DNA of 63,994 nt, filler included, from Piptocephalis cylindrospora (Eukaryota): assembly GCA_003614145.1 (NCBI GenBank). It is 6 parts of 6 records of this genome, joined end to end, with 100 filler letters (N's around TTAATTAATTAA, not from the genome) between each part and the next. Parts side by side here need not be neighbours in the genome. Positions count along the whole stretch, not along the records: positions 10,717 to 21,327 come from KZ988028.1; positions 21,428 to 32,031 come from KZ988029.1; 4 more parts are not named here. The stretch is one strand, 5' to 3'. This document shows, one piece after another, positions 13,380 to 25,553 of this stretch. The notes under the pieces are model-generated. The model had not been told where the DNA came from, ran no database searches, and saw nothing but the letters and a program-made list of their open reading frames with translations. Positions within the stretch are counted from its first letter, which is position 1; every line of letters starts with the position of its first letter. The position numbers and the translations under genes were made by a program.

Positions 13380-13920
13380 TCAACACAAGAAAACAAGGCC
13401 ATCGCGACGATCAAGTTGCCCTTCACAGCTGAAATGGCCATTCCTTGTTACAAGAGGCAGAGATGTGCCCTCTTCATAAGCACCAAGCCCATCCCCATAA
13501 TAATCAGCTTCTTGCTGGCAATAGCACGGGATCAGCCTAACCATGCTTTGGTAAAGGAGCATGCCTTCGAATGTAATACACTCCCTGTCTGCTCTACCAT
13601 TTTCCTGATCACGTCTTACCTTGCTAGGTTCTATATAGAAACAGTGCTCAGTATGTTTTATCCTTATTAATCATGTACTATCAATCCAGTCAACCGTGTA
13701 CTGTCAATCTCTTCCCTCTTGATTTTACTCGTGCTCCCTCTTTTTGAAGCATAACATTATTCATATCGAGGGAAGGATGGTAGGGGTCGTGTGCATATAG
13801 CGTCCAATAACTAAATGCCCTCCCTCACTGAGATCACCCCTCCCTCCATACAAGGGTGTCAAGCTTACAGACTTACCAGCCGAATGGTGTCAAATAACGA
13901 TGAAATCGTTGTGCAAGGGT
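13380..13920 (-). CDS. Possible unannotated multi-exon hypothetical gene, start not located
   Basis: Phase-compatible exons 13920-13877, 13810-13695, 13630-13620 and 13514-13380 joined by GT..AG introns give an open frame; no recognisable homology. Confidence 0.25.
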
Positions 13921-15076
13921 CTATAATCAACCTATAATAACAATAATAGTAAATAAGGCAAAAAAAAAAGGCGTATTGTTCTTCTTTGCCGTCTGCATCC
14001 ACATTGTCTCCACATACTGAACACATACTGAATGGCCCAGTTCAGCTTAGCTCACCGCGCACGAATTGTGCTAGATATCCCTACATACTGAATGACCTCT
14101 CCTCTCATTGTGTGTAGACAATTGTTGGGGAACCACCCTCCAAACCTCTGTTCACTCATTAAATGACTTTTCTTACTGTGCACGCACTATGCTAAAGAGG
14201 ACTGCATATCCGTACACCTTTCCCGCTCCACTGGTCGCGCACACTGGTCCAAAGTCGCCACGTCAACTCTTGCCACCTTCTGCCTGTCGTCTTGCCGAAA
14301 TGGGGCTTCACCATTGGTCCGACAGCCGGAGGGGGCCGGGGGAGGCGAGAATGGAATGACACCCCCCACTCCCATCCCTTGCTGCACTCTTTCTTCCCTA
14401 CCATATACACCCCGGCCTATTCTTCCACGAACCGGCCTCCCCCCATCCCTCTTTCTTTCTTCCTTCCCTCGTCAACACTTTTCCTCAATCAAGGTTCCAT
14501 CCATCCATCCATCTCTTTCGTTTATCGAAATTCCCCATTCTCCCACTTACTCTGTATCTCCTTTCGAGACAGTATTCATCCAGGTTTTGACCACCTAGGA
14601 AGTTTGACTCTTCGTCGCCCTGCACATACTCCCTCTCCCTCCCACCCCCCGCCCACTCACCCCCTCACCCCTCTCCCCCCAGCCCTCACCCCCCCACCCT
14701 CCCCCCCCCCCCCCCCCCTTACATCACACACCCATCGCGGCTCCTGGAAAAAATACAGTCATCATCACACACACGAAAAAGAGACAAGTACCAGAAGAAA
14801 GAAAAGAAGATGATGATTCCATTCAACGAACGTTCACATACACACACATGCCAAGCGCCTCCTCCTAATGACATTCAAGGGACAAGAAAGGAAAACACAG
14901 ACACACATGAGATGCAAAAGGAGGAAGAAAGATCGTCCCATCCGATGAACAAATCAAACACCTTGCTTAACGCTCAACACACTACCATCCTTCCTCTCCA
15001 TCCAGCCTGGACCCATTCTAAAAATGAACCGCCCAGCCAAGAAAAAGAAAAAGGAGCAAGAGCCCGTAGGGCCTTC

Positions 15077-17691
15077 TTACATCTTGTCAAGGTAACGGTC
15101 GAGAGAGGGGATCTCCTCGGCAAGACCCTTACGCTTACGCACAGCCTTGACAAGGTCAGCCACCTTGGTACCGGCCTCGAGGGGGTTGCCGGACATGAGC
15201 TGCCAATGATCGAAGACGGACTGGGGGAAAGCCTGGCCACCAGTGTGGGAACGGAGATCGGCGGTGAAACCAAAGGACTCGTTGACGGGAAGGTAAGCCT
15301 TGATGTTGTAGAGGGGAGTACCGGGCCTCTGCTCCTCGTGGAAGACGTGACCACGACGACGGTTAAGGACACCGTAGATACCGCCCATGGCGTTCTCGGG
15401 ACACTGGATCTCGACAAGGAAGATGGGCTCGAGGATACCGGGGGTGGCGGTAAGGACGGAGGCGTAGATGACACGACGGCAAGTGGGGATAATCTGACCA
15501 CCACCACGATGAATGGTATCAGCATGAAGAGTGACATCCATAACGTTAAAGCGGCAGGAGCGCATGTTCTCCTCGGCAACAACTCCCTCCTTGGTGGCCC
15601 ACTGGAAGGCGGCAATGCAGGAATCCTTGATTTCGCTGAGGTACTGGACACCCTTGGTGGTATCAACCAGAAGGTTGGGACCGTTGGTGTCGGGACCAAA
15701 GCACCAGATCTTCCTGGCATCAGTGACATCCCAGCCGAACTCGTCAGCGAGGACGCGGGCACGGATCTTGACATCATCACGGGGATGGACCCTACCGTCC
15801 TCAATGGCCTTGGAGAGCTCCTCATCAATGGGCTGGGCACGCATATGGATACGGTTGTGCTTGTTGGGGGACTTGGAGAGACAGGTAATGGCGGACTCTT
15901 CCTGAACGGTCTCACAGTACTGGACAACGGGATCACCAGTCTTCAGGGGGACCTGAGCGTGGTCCTCCTCGAGATCCTTAAGACAGATCTCGAGATGGAG
16001 CTCACCAGCACCAGCAACAATGTGCTCACCGGAATCGGAGGTGTAGCACTGGACACAGGGGTCGGACTTGGAGAGACGCTTGAGACCCTCGACGAGCTTG
16101 GGCAGATCGTTGGCGTTCTTGACCTCGACGGCAACCCTGACGACAGGGGAGACGGAGAACTTCATGACCTTAAGGTTATGGGCGGTCTCGGAGGTGGTGA
16201 TGGTACCAGACTTGAGAAGGAACTGGTCGACACCGACAAGACCGAGAATGTTACCGGCGGGGCAATCCTCAATGGACTCGATGTAACGGCCCATCATAAG
16301 AATGGTACGCTGGATGGACTTGATGAAGAGATCCTCCTTCCTACCGGGAAGGTAGTTGGGACCCTGGATACGGACCTTCTGGCCGGAACGGACGGTACCG
16401 GAGAAGACACGACCGAAGGCGTAGAAACGTCCCTTATCGGAGGTGGGGACCATCTTGGAAATGTAAAGCATGAGGGGGGCGTTGGGGTCGCACTTACGGA
16501 TACCCTCGGCGCACTCATCGTCCTGGGGACCCTCGTAGAGGTTCTCCACACGGTAGGCCTGGGCGGTGACGGGGGAGGGAAGATGGATGACCAACATCTC
16601 AAGGAGGGCATCGGCGGCGGGAAGGAACTTGCGCATGACGACCTTAAGGAGGGCCTTGCCCTCGAGTTCGCTCTCCTCGGTCTTGAGGACAATGTCGAGC
16701 TTCTCGAGCATGGTCTTGGTCTGATCCTTCTTGAAGTTCATGATGGAGTCAAAGACCTTGAAGATGGGGTCAAGAACGAACATGCAGAAGGCACGCTCGA
16801 GGGGCTTGCCGTTGGCATCCTCGGCCTTGGTGGTCCACTTGCGGGTGGCGGGGTTGAAGTAGTTCTCGCCCCAGAGACGGGCCATCATCTTCTCCTTGTC
16901 GACACCGAACTTCTTGGCGTAACGGTTAGCGAACTGACGGAGGGTAAAGCCCCAGCCGTGAAGACCGGAACCGAAAGCAACGGTACCGCGGTCGGGGTAG
17001 ACCTGGACGTCACCGAGAGTCTTGTCAAAGTAGGTGGAGATAATGACGTTGACGGACTCGATGGTACGCTGGAAGGAGGTGTAGAGATCCTCCTTGGTGA
17101 CCTGGAGCTCGAGGAGAGCGCGGTCAACCTTGTTGATGATGATGACGGGCTTGATGCGCTCACCAAGGGCCTGACGAAGGACAGTCTCGGTCTGGACACA
17201 GACACCCTCGACACAGTCAACGACGACAAGGGCACCGTCGGTGACACGGAGGGCAGCGGTGACCTCGGAGGAAAAGTCAACGTGTCCGGGGGAATCGATA
17301 AGGTTGATGAGGAACTCGTTACCGTCGGTCTTCTGCTTGACCTCACCCAGATCCTCCTTGTTCAGCTCAAAGAACATGGAGATGGCGGTGGACTTGATGG
17401 TAATACACCGGTCCTGTTCGTCCTGACGCGTGTCAGTGAAACGGGCTTCACCAGCCTTGGCGGAGGAGATAATTCCGGCCTTGGACACCAGGGAATCGGT
17501 GAGGGTGGACTTTCCGTGATCGACGTGAGCAATGACGGACATGTTACGAACGTTCGTCACCTTGTCCATGAGGGACCGGATCTGGTCTATTGATCAGGAT
17601 GAGATGAGGAAGACATGAGTGAGTATTCAGGAGATAGGAGTAGGATGGATGGATGAACTCGTCTTGACTTACCAATGGTAAAGTTCACCAT
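15077..17691 (-). CDS. EFT2: Translation elongation factor 2 (exon 1 17691-17673; exon 2 17586-15077)
   Basis: Spliced N-terminus [41 protein letters not shown], diphthamide loop [11 protein letters not shown]. Confidence 0.98.
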
Positions 17692-17871
17692 GATGACAGA
17701 CTAGGGATGGATGGATGGATGGATGATGGGGGGGGAAGGCGTTCTGTCGAAGTGGAAGACACACCGAGGGGAAGAGGAGGAGGGGGGAAGGAAAGGGCGG
17801 GCGGAGGCCTTCAGGATGAATTGAAACCCTTTCGTATATAGTGTGAGGGGATTTGGGGGTGAGGTCACGAT

Positions 17872-17876
17872 TGTAT

Positions 17877-17915
<39 letters not shown>
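17872..17915. repeat. (TG)n microsatellite in eEF2 upstream region
   Basis: Direct reading of the TG run. Confidence 0.9.
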
Positions 17916-17918
<3 letters not shown>

Positions 17919-19240
17919 GTGTGCGTGCCAGTGTGGGATGTCGGTGTGTGTAGGTGAGGTTGGGCCTTCAAAGGGGCTGGGGGGCAAGGTGAGCCTGTAG
18001 TATTCTCCATATCTTCCATTGGATGATAGGTTGGGCGGAAAGATGTAGGGTGGATGGGTGTGGGGCCGTTGGAACCTGGTCTTGTCATCTTACTCATTCC
18101 ATCACACTCCATCTCATAATGAGAGTAAGTCAAAGGGGGTGGGGGGGGGGAATAGGACACACAAGTGCACGTCAGCCCCAGCAAGATAGGCACGCTTCTA
18201 TGCCCTGATGGAGGAAAAATCAAGCTGCTACTTACTATCGATAAAGCCATACTCTACCCACGCATGATTTGGTTGGTTTATAGTGTGAGAGGAGCGCACA
18301 CTCACCTAGGGCCCTTTGCTACTATGCAAGGTAGAGGGGAAGACCACTGTCTCTCCCACACCATAGACGCGGCTATGTCTCAAATAAAAAAGGAAAAAAA
18401 AAGAACAGTGATCGTGGACTGCTGTATCCTAAACTGAAGGGCCTATTGTTAGGGGGATATAGGTTCATGCGACTGGACACGACCACTTCATCAGCCCATG
18501 AAAATTATCCCATGAAAGTGACCAAAGATATATTGTCAGTTGAAGAGAGTACATTGTGTCTCCTAAGCAACTGCATCGAGGATCGTCTGAGATCCTCTGA
18601 ATCGCGCACTTAAGCAGTAATACCAATAATACCAGCAATAACTAAAGTGAATGAACGATGTGATCGCGCTGGTATGGTGATAGAATGAAAAGATCCCAAG
18701 AAAAAGTAACGTTGACCGACATCAAACCCTTTCAATAACAAATCAGCCCACATTAATGCGCTTTGACACGCCGGTTTAAAAAGACAAATCAAATCAAAAT
18801 TACGTTGCCTCTATGAATCGGACATTCATCGAAGCTATGTCTTCATCTCGAACCCAATCTCGATGCCTATGAGGACTTGAGTATAGGACACACGTCGGGG
18901 ATATAATCCCTGGTACCACGCATGCTGGCCTATTTGGGCGGATTGTGTGTTCGGATGCCTAGCAGCCTACCCCACTGAGGGAAAATATAAAGGGTTTATC
19001 AATCAATCTCGAACCCAATCTCAGAGTATAATGTTCGGAAGATAGGTCCGTTGTGTATGATGATACTAAGAAGTGCTTGAAAAGACCATGCAGCTGATCA
19101 TGAGAATGTTTTCTCAGAGGAGTTTAAAACAATTATCGTCCATGTGCTGACTCCGATGGACCGCCCTTCCCTCGTCTTCTTTGTCTCTCACCCTTCCCTC
19201 GTCCTCTTCATTCCCCACCCTCCTCCTACCCTCTCACATC

Positions 19241-19996
19241 ATGGGTCTATTGTCCGTATTAAAGAAGCAGCGACAACGAGAAAAGGAGATGCGTCTCCTG
19301 ATGCTGTAAGTCTATTTTGATTAGGCTTATTCCATCCCATCCCATCCCATCCCTCCTGTCTCATATCCCATCCCATCCTGTCCGTAGTGGTCTAGATAAT
19401 GCTGGAAAGACAACCATCCTTCGCAGAATTCACGGAGACCCCATTGACGAGATTGCTCCTACGCTTGGGTTTAACATCAAGACACTGAGCCATGAGGGAT
19501 ACTCGCTGAATATCTGGGATGTGGGAGGCCAAAGGTCCTTGAGGTCCTTTTGGCGGAATTACTTTGAATCGACTGATGCGGTCATCTGGGTGGTCGACGC
19601 GGCTGACCGGGCACGACTTGCAGACTGTCAAGAGGAACTCTTCGTCTTACTGGGGGAAGAGGTAGGTTGAATTGGGAGAGAGGGAAGCTATCATTATGAT
19701 ACCATCTCATCTCTCTTCCTACTCCTAAAAACCCATCGATATCACCACTAATAATAACCATAATAATGATAACACAGAGATTAATCGGGGCCAGTCTCCT
19801 GGTCCTGGCCAACAAGCAAGATTTGGAAGGGGCTGCGAGCGATCAGGAGATTGCAAAGGCCCTCAATCTTGCATCAATCCAATCCCATCGATGGAAAGTC
19901 CTGGGATGTAGTGCGGTGACGGGAGAGCATTTATTGGATGGGTTAGATTGGGTGGTCAAGGATGTCGCAGCCCGGATCTACATGTATTCCGAATGA
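19241..19996 (+). CDS. ARL2: ADP-ribosylation factor-like GTPase Arl2 (Cin4/Alp41), three exons
   Basis: [74 protein letters not shown]. Confidence 0.95.
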
Positions 19997-20055
19997 AATG
20001 TAGCCTTTTATTGTTAGGATGATGGAATAAGCAAGGTTTCAGCATTAGGCATCTT

Positions 20056-21327
20056 TCACTTCATCATCCCATACGACTTTAACATCCCCATCGCTTCGAT
20101 GGATCCCTGCTTGACCGCAGATGTAGCCTCTTCCTGGCCAGATAGGGCAGAGCATGTACTTAAAGCCGGGACAATCCCTGCATCAACCAGGGCTTTGGCT
20201 CCCTCCCGACTACCTTGGACAATGCCCTTGATCACCTCAATCACTCGATACCGAATGTCCATAGGCTCTTGGGAGGCGAGGAGACGGATGAGGATATCTT
20301 TGATACGTAGGCCCTCAGTGGTGACCATTGCCTTCCCCGCCTGGTCCGGGGACTGGTCCACGAGGATGGCCATAGCGCCGGTAGCGGCCGCTCGAGTGGG
20401 CAGGTCATCCTGATCGGCCATGGCACCGAGAAGTCGAAGTTTCTCCAGGGCCCCGGGGCCTTGGTAGGTCTTGGCGACATCAGGGGACATCATGGCATTG
20501 CAGAGACACTCGGTGGCGGCTCGTCGGATGCGGGGTTCATCCTCCCACTCGAGCATGAGGGATTCGATGCGGGCCACACCACCCTCCTTGACAAAGCGAT
20601 CTAGGCCATCGGGGGAGACACACACGTCGGTCAAGGCCATAAGACCCTCGTACTGCCGACGACCGGGTTCAGAGGACCAACAGAGGGAAAGGAGGGGAGG
20701 GACGGACATGGTCAGGAGTTGTCCGGGAAGAACCAGGGAAGGGTCAAGGGATATGAGTAGCTTGGCCAGACCATCCGCTGCCACTTTTCTTCCCTCAGCC
20801 TCGGCAGACTGCTCATCTGGGATGAGCCCTTGCTGAGCAGAGGCCCCGTCGGAGGAAGGGGGGGCAGCAAGGCCCAGAAGGAGACGAGCGCCGCCAGCAG
20901 CAGCGACTCGACCTCGAAAGGCCGGTTCTGTGAGGATGGAGCCGAGGACCTGGGCACAGACATATCCGACTTGACCGGGCTGACCGGTGGACCGTAGACC
21001 GGTTAGACCGAGGAGGATGATGGGATCGATGATCCCCTGATCCACCAAGATCTTGATCCGCTCTCGAACAACGCTTGCTTCCACAGGCTCGTCTGCCGGT
21101 CTAGGCCTTTTGCCTTGAGAAGAGGAGGAAGCGTCGGCCATGGCCTGTAGTCTCTGGATGTCCTGTTCTTTTTTCGTCTTTGGCTTGTCATAGGCCGTGA
21201 GCATGGCCCAGATGGAGGCAAGGCCAAAGAGAAGGCCCCCTCCACCCTCTCCACTGGCCGGGTCTTTGCTCAGGACGCGGGCAGCGGTAGTGGACAAGAG
21301 ACACAGACGATCAAGGGCGTCAGATCG
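20056..21327 (-). CDS. UCS-domain myosin chaperone (She4/Cro1/UNC-45), C-terminal part
   Basis: ARM-like helices with FRGRVAAAGG, AADGLAKLLISLDP, QYEGLMALTD, IRRAATECLCN, TRAAATGAMAIL typical of the UCS domain; frame open to contig end. Confidence 0.85.
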   Translation of the reverse strand, partial: RSDALDRLCLLSTTAARVLSKDPASGEGGGGLLFGLASIWAMLTAYDKPKTKKEQDIQRLQAMADASSSSQGKRPRPADEPVEASVVRERIKILVDQGIIDPIILLGLTGLRSTGQPGQVGYVCAQVLGSILTEPAFRGRVAAAGGARLLLGLAAPPSSDGASAQQGLIPDEQSAEAEGRKVAADGLAKLLISLDPSLVLPGQLLTMSVPPLLSLCWSSEPGRRQYEGLMALTDVCVSPDGLDRFVKEGGVARIESLMLEWEDEPRIRRAATECLCNAMMSPDVAKTYQGPGALEKLRLLGAMADQDDLPTRAAATGAMAILVDQSPDQAGKAMVTTEGLRIKDILIRLLASQEPMDIRYRVIEVIKGIVQGSREGAKALVDAGIVPALSTCSALSGQEEATSAVKQGSIEAMGMLKSYGMMK

Positions 21328-21427
21328 NNNNNNNNNNNNNNNNNNNNNNNNNNNNNNNNNNNNNNNNNNNNTTAATTAATTAANNNNNNNNNNNNNNNNN
21401 NNNNNNNNNNNNNNNNNNNNNNNNNNN
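21328..21427. other. Artificial contig spacer
   Basis: N44-TTAATTAATTAA-N44. Confidence 0.99.
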
Positions 21428-22869
21428 CCTCAGGATCACCCTTGTAGGCCTTCCAGGGAGTGTTGGTATCCTCAATGGGCCCGTCGACCTTCCAGACGCA
21501 CACGCTAAGATCCTGGGAGCTAGAGGCAATAAATTGCTCATCCCCCCTCCATGTCACGTCCATGACAGCATCTTGGTGGTAGGAGATTCGACGGTCTACA
21601 CGGCCCGCCGACCCGCCCTGATCCACTCGACTCCACAAGATCACTTGGCCATCCGCCCCCCCAGTGACCAAACGGGTTCCTCGAGGACTCCATCTGCCGA
21701 CAATCAGGAGACCTTCATGCTCCCAAGCCGAGAATTTTCTTTCACCTGTCATCCATGCGTATGCGAGAAAAAGGATGAACAACAACGTCCTTTTCCCTCA
21801 TCAAATAGCCACATTGCTTACCTTGCAGAGTCCAAACTTGAACTTCGCCCACACTAGTTCCCACGGCTAGAAAGTTCCCATTGGGCTAATATGGCGGGTG
21901 AGTATAGGATTCGATCGCAAAGAATGCCCCTACCCCTTTAAAAAAAATCTCTTTCATATAATAAGCAAGAATGACTTACGTGCCAATCCACAAAGGTAAC
22001 TTGAACATGCCCCTTATCTTCGGCGGGTTGACAGGCAAGGATAAGAGAAGTAGGTTCTTGCTTCCGAGATCCTTGATTAGGCAGAGTCCAGATACGTACA
22101 TGACCATCCGCCCCACTATGGATGGATTGGAGAGATAAGAGATGGTGAGAACCCATTCCCAACAACTCAGATTCATTAAACTTACCCAGAAGCAAACACT
22201 CTGGGGTCCTTGGGATTCCATTGCCCGATAAATACCTCACCCGTATGTCCCTTCAGGAGGGAGACTTCTTTGGGCCCCAGGATCCGAGCATCTTCAGGGT
22301 TGGGGGATGTATAAAGAGGTTTTCCGCCAGTTGGATCCATTGAGATACGATCCTCCATCTGGACATCCACATCTCCCTGACCCCCCTTACTCTTCCACTG
22401 ATCACCACCCTCGTCCTTGGTACTGCCTCCAGCGGTAATCTGGGATACGTTGAAGCCTTCAGCCCCATTAGCACGTACATCCGGGATAGGGTGCTCCTCC
22501 AAGATAGACCGATAGGGACCAGAGGGGCGAACACACTCGTGCTGTCCAATAAGAGAAACTGGGTTGGAACACGGAATCTCGACTCCTTCCTATGTATAAT
22601 AAAGAAGATATATCGCGTGAGATGATCATATTGAGCCAAGCGTTCCCCATCTTCCCCAACCTTACCTCGTTGAGATGAAGTTGCATATGGTGATAGAGAA
22701 GACCCTTTTGGAGAAACTCCACCAATGCTCCAGGCTTGACCTTGATATCGTGGAAGGGGCTGCCGGCCATGTCGCACTCACTCTGCAAGGAGAAGGAGGC
22801 GTGCTGGAAGCCAGATTCGTGCAAGTAATGGTAGATAAGGCAATTCACCTCATCGCTCGTCATCTGCAT
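21428..22869 (-). CDS. SIF2: LisH + WD40 protein TBL1/Sif2, multi-exon, 3' end truncated by contig end
   Basis: MQMTSDEVNCLIYHYLHESGFQHASF (LisH), PGALVEFLQKGLLY, LKGHTGEVFIGQWNP..FASG, further WD repeats. Confidence 0.9.
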
Positions 22870-23298
22870 GATGAAAGGCTGGGTGAGGGGGACGGGGGAG
22901 TAGGAAGGGAGAAGGCGAGGGCGGCGTGAAAGTACCCGTGCGTGCTGTTGAAGGAGTAGGATGAGGAGATAAGAAGCTCGTCCAAAGAGAAAAACGTCTC
23001 AGAGCAAGGTGTTGTGACCCGTACACAATACCTTGGGGCAGGAAAGGGTGAGCTGATGTATCCGAGAGGGAGAAGGGATCCGACTACTTTCAAATAGAGA
23101 TGTCTTTAGGACCGGATCGTATGATAACAAAGTCACGAGAGGAAAGAAGAAGAGTAAAGACGAGGAAGAGGCGTTAGAAAGCAAGAGAAGTGGGGTGATG
23201 TTTATGAGAAGGTCCACACCAATACACGCTTCCCCTTCGTCGCGCCCTATCAACGCACACATACACACACTCACACTGAGAGAGATGGGAGGAAATAG

Positions 23299-23310
23299 AC
23301 ACACACACAC

Positions 23311-23341
<31 letters not shown>

Positions 23342-23382
23342 TACACATACACACACACATACACATTCATATTCATATTCAT
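23299..23382. repeat. Compound (CA)n/(CATA)/(CATATT) microsatellite
   Basis: Direct reading. Confidence 0.9.
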
Positions 23383-24222
23383 GTTCACTTCTCAAAGCTT
23401 CAGCTTGCTTTCCGATGAGATGCAGAAGTACGTGTGAGGGAGGAGAGAGGAGGTCTGTGGGTGCTGTTCAAGCACAGGCGGTTTAAATGTGGACCAGTTT
23501 GGTCAGCTTGATATCTTGATATGGGGGCTCCACAGGAGAATAAGGCGGATCAATTTCAACAGACGGGAATGAAAAAGAGGCAGCGCACTCAATGGAAAAT
23601 GAAATGACTTTAAAAACAAATGTTACTTGATTGATCGCAATATAGAAATTATAGGAAAGAGAGGGAGAGACAACCATGATCAATACATTTCTTTTAATAA
23701 TAATAGAACCAGAACAAGGGCATATGCAATCATGGATAAAAACTTCAACCGTGCTTACCATAGATTCAATCGAGAAATGATAAACATTACTATCTCTCCC
23801 TCCGCTTACCACTCCTCATCCCTACCATACCATCCTTAAATTGTAAAGGATGAACGTCCCTGGGATACATAATATGTGATGAGGTATAGTGGTACTATCA
23901 GAAGGCAAAGGAAAAGGGGGATAAAGATAATCATCCATCAAACCACACGCCATCACGATCTCCCCCTCTCTTCATTCTCTCTCTCTCACGCACACACACA
24001 CACACACACACATGCACACACACATGCACACCAGATAAAACTCTACGCAAAAAGGACAAAAGGCGCATGGAACAAACAACCGCCTAGAATATGAAAAAAT
24101 GTGATGATGATGAGAGTCTAGCATTCTCTAACTCTACGCACACATCAAGAGAAAGAGTCTTACACAAGGTCCAAACGAGACAGAAGAGGCGAAAAAAGGG
24201 TCAGTGAAGATTACCTCCCTCT

Positions 24223-25553
24223 TTACGAGACTGGCTTGTCCTTGGAGTAAATGCACTCTTCGAGTGCAGCCCATTCCTTTTCTGGATCCGTTGGGATGCT
24301 TTAGAGGAGGAAAAGGGATGAATGAATTAATAGGAACTCCAAAGCAATTGACCCATCTCGCATCGTTCAAAACCTACTCTTTCAATTTAAAGTGCCATTG
24401 ATCATCCCGAAGTTCAAAGAACCGAGGGGACCAACTCTCCTCCTTGGTCTCCCGTTCCTTGGCATCGGCCCGCTGCTTATCCTCAATGGAAGTCTTTTCA
24501 TCGGTGGCCAGATCCATATCCCGGACCTTGAGTGCCTCGGTTACCTTGGCCCATTTGCGTTGCGTCTCTGTTTCTTCCTGCTCCTCCAGAGGAGCCACTT
24601 CCTTGGACATGATACTGGAAGTGTGGGCATCAAAGGTGAGCTCCTTGGCCCCAGGGCTGGTCACAGAAGGTCGGGGCTTGATAGAGAAGGAGTCAGACCA
24701 CTTGCCGGAAATATCATAGAGGGTGTCACCGGACCCGCCAATCCGCTTGATCTTCCCAAGGATGGCGTTGTAAGTACCAGAGAAGAAGCCTTTGGTCTTG
24801 AACTCAACCTCGCACATCAACCCGGTCTTGGGGCACTTGATGACCGCTGTATCGCCAAGCTCCATGGTCATGGTACCAAAGAGGATGCCACGGGCGTAGA
24901 TGTTAGGAAGTTGAATGTCATAGACCTCCCCAGGTAGATTGGTGAACTCTACATGGTTCCAGCCTTGCATAAGCGTAGCCGCACTATTCCCCAGGAACTT
25001 CGACTTGGGAAAGATCTCCCCGGTGATCCGGACATGATGCTTGGGGCATGCGTAAAAGTAGGCCGAGACGGGAGGGTGATGTGAAACCTGCTCCGAGACA
25101 AAGATGGCCCTAGACCCATCAGGTTGAGTCCATGTAGCCCTAAAGAACTCTCCAAGAGTAGGATTGTATGGTTTCTTCACTCCCTAAACGCAAGAGGGGT
25201 GGGGGGGGATCGAGAGGAATCGAGGGTGAGGAAATGGAATGGGATGGGATCAAATTATACAAAGATAAACCATGTCCTACCTTGGGTTGAATGTGCCAGC
25301 CGGAGAGAAAATATAAGACAATGGCAACAAATCTATCCTCAGGCTCCTGCGCATCGGATATGTTGAGGAGGAGGTCAGGATGAGACATAAAATCGGTGAT
25401 GCGTTCCAGGAAGGACCGGGGCTCCAGGACAAAAGTAGGCAAGGTGACCCGGTGCAAGTCCATGCCCTTGGTGAGCTGGGCAATAATGCCCAGGAGAATG
25501 GATCTCGACTCCTCGGGGATGGTTTCCTGGTTGGTTACTGGATCATCACCCAT
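24223..25553 (-). CDS. Oxysterol-binding protein homolog, Osh6/Osh7 (ORP5/8-like) type; three exons
   Basis: GMDLHRVTLPTFVLEPRSFLER, HIQPK|GVKKPYNPTLGEFF, OSBP signature EQVSHHPP; intron 25184-25280 and a second intron starting at 24377. Confidence 0.92.

Noticed and set aside
23483..23839. AT-rich overlapping small ORFs between TBL1 and OSH
   Set aside because: Non-ATG or weak starts, no motifs, and no consistent splice model found
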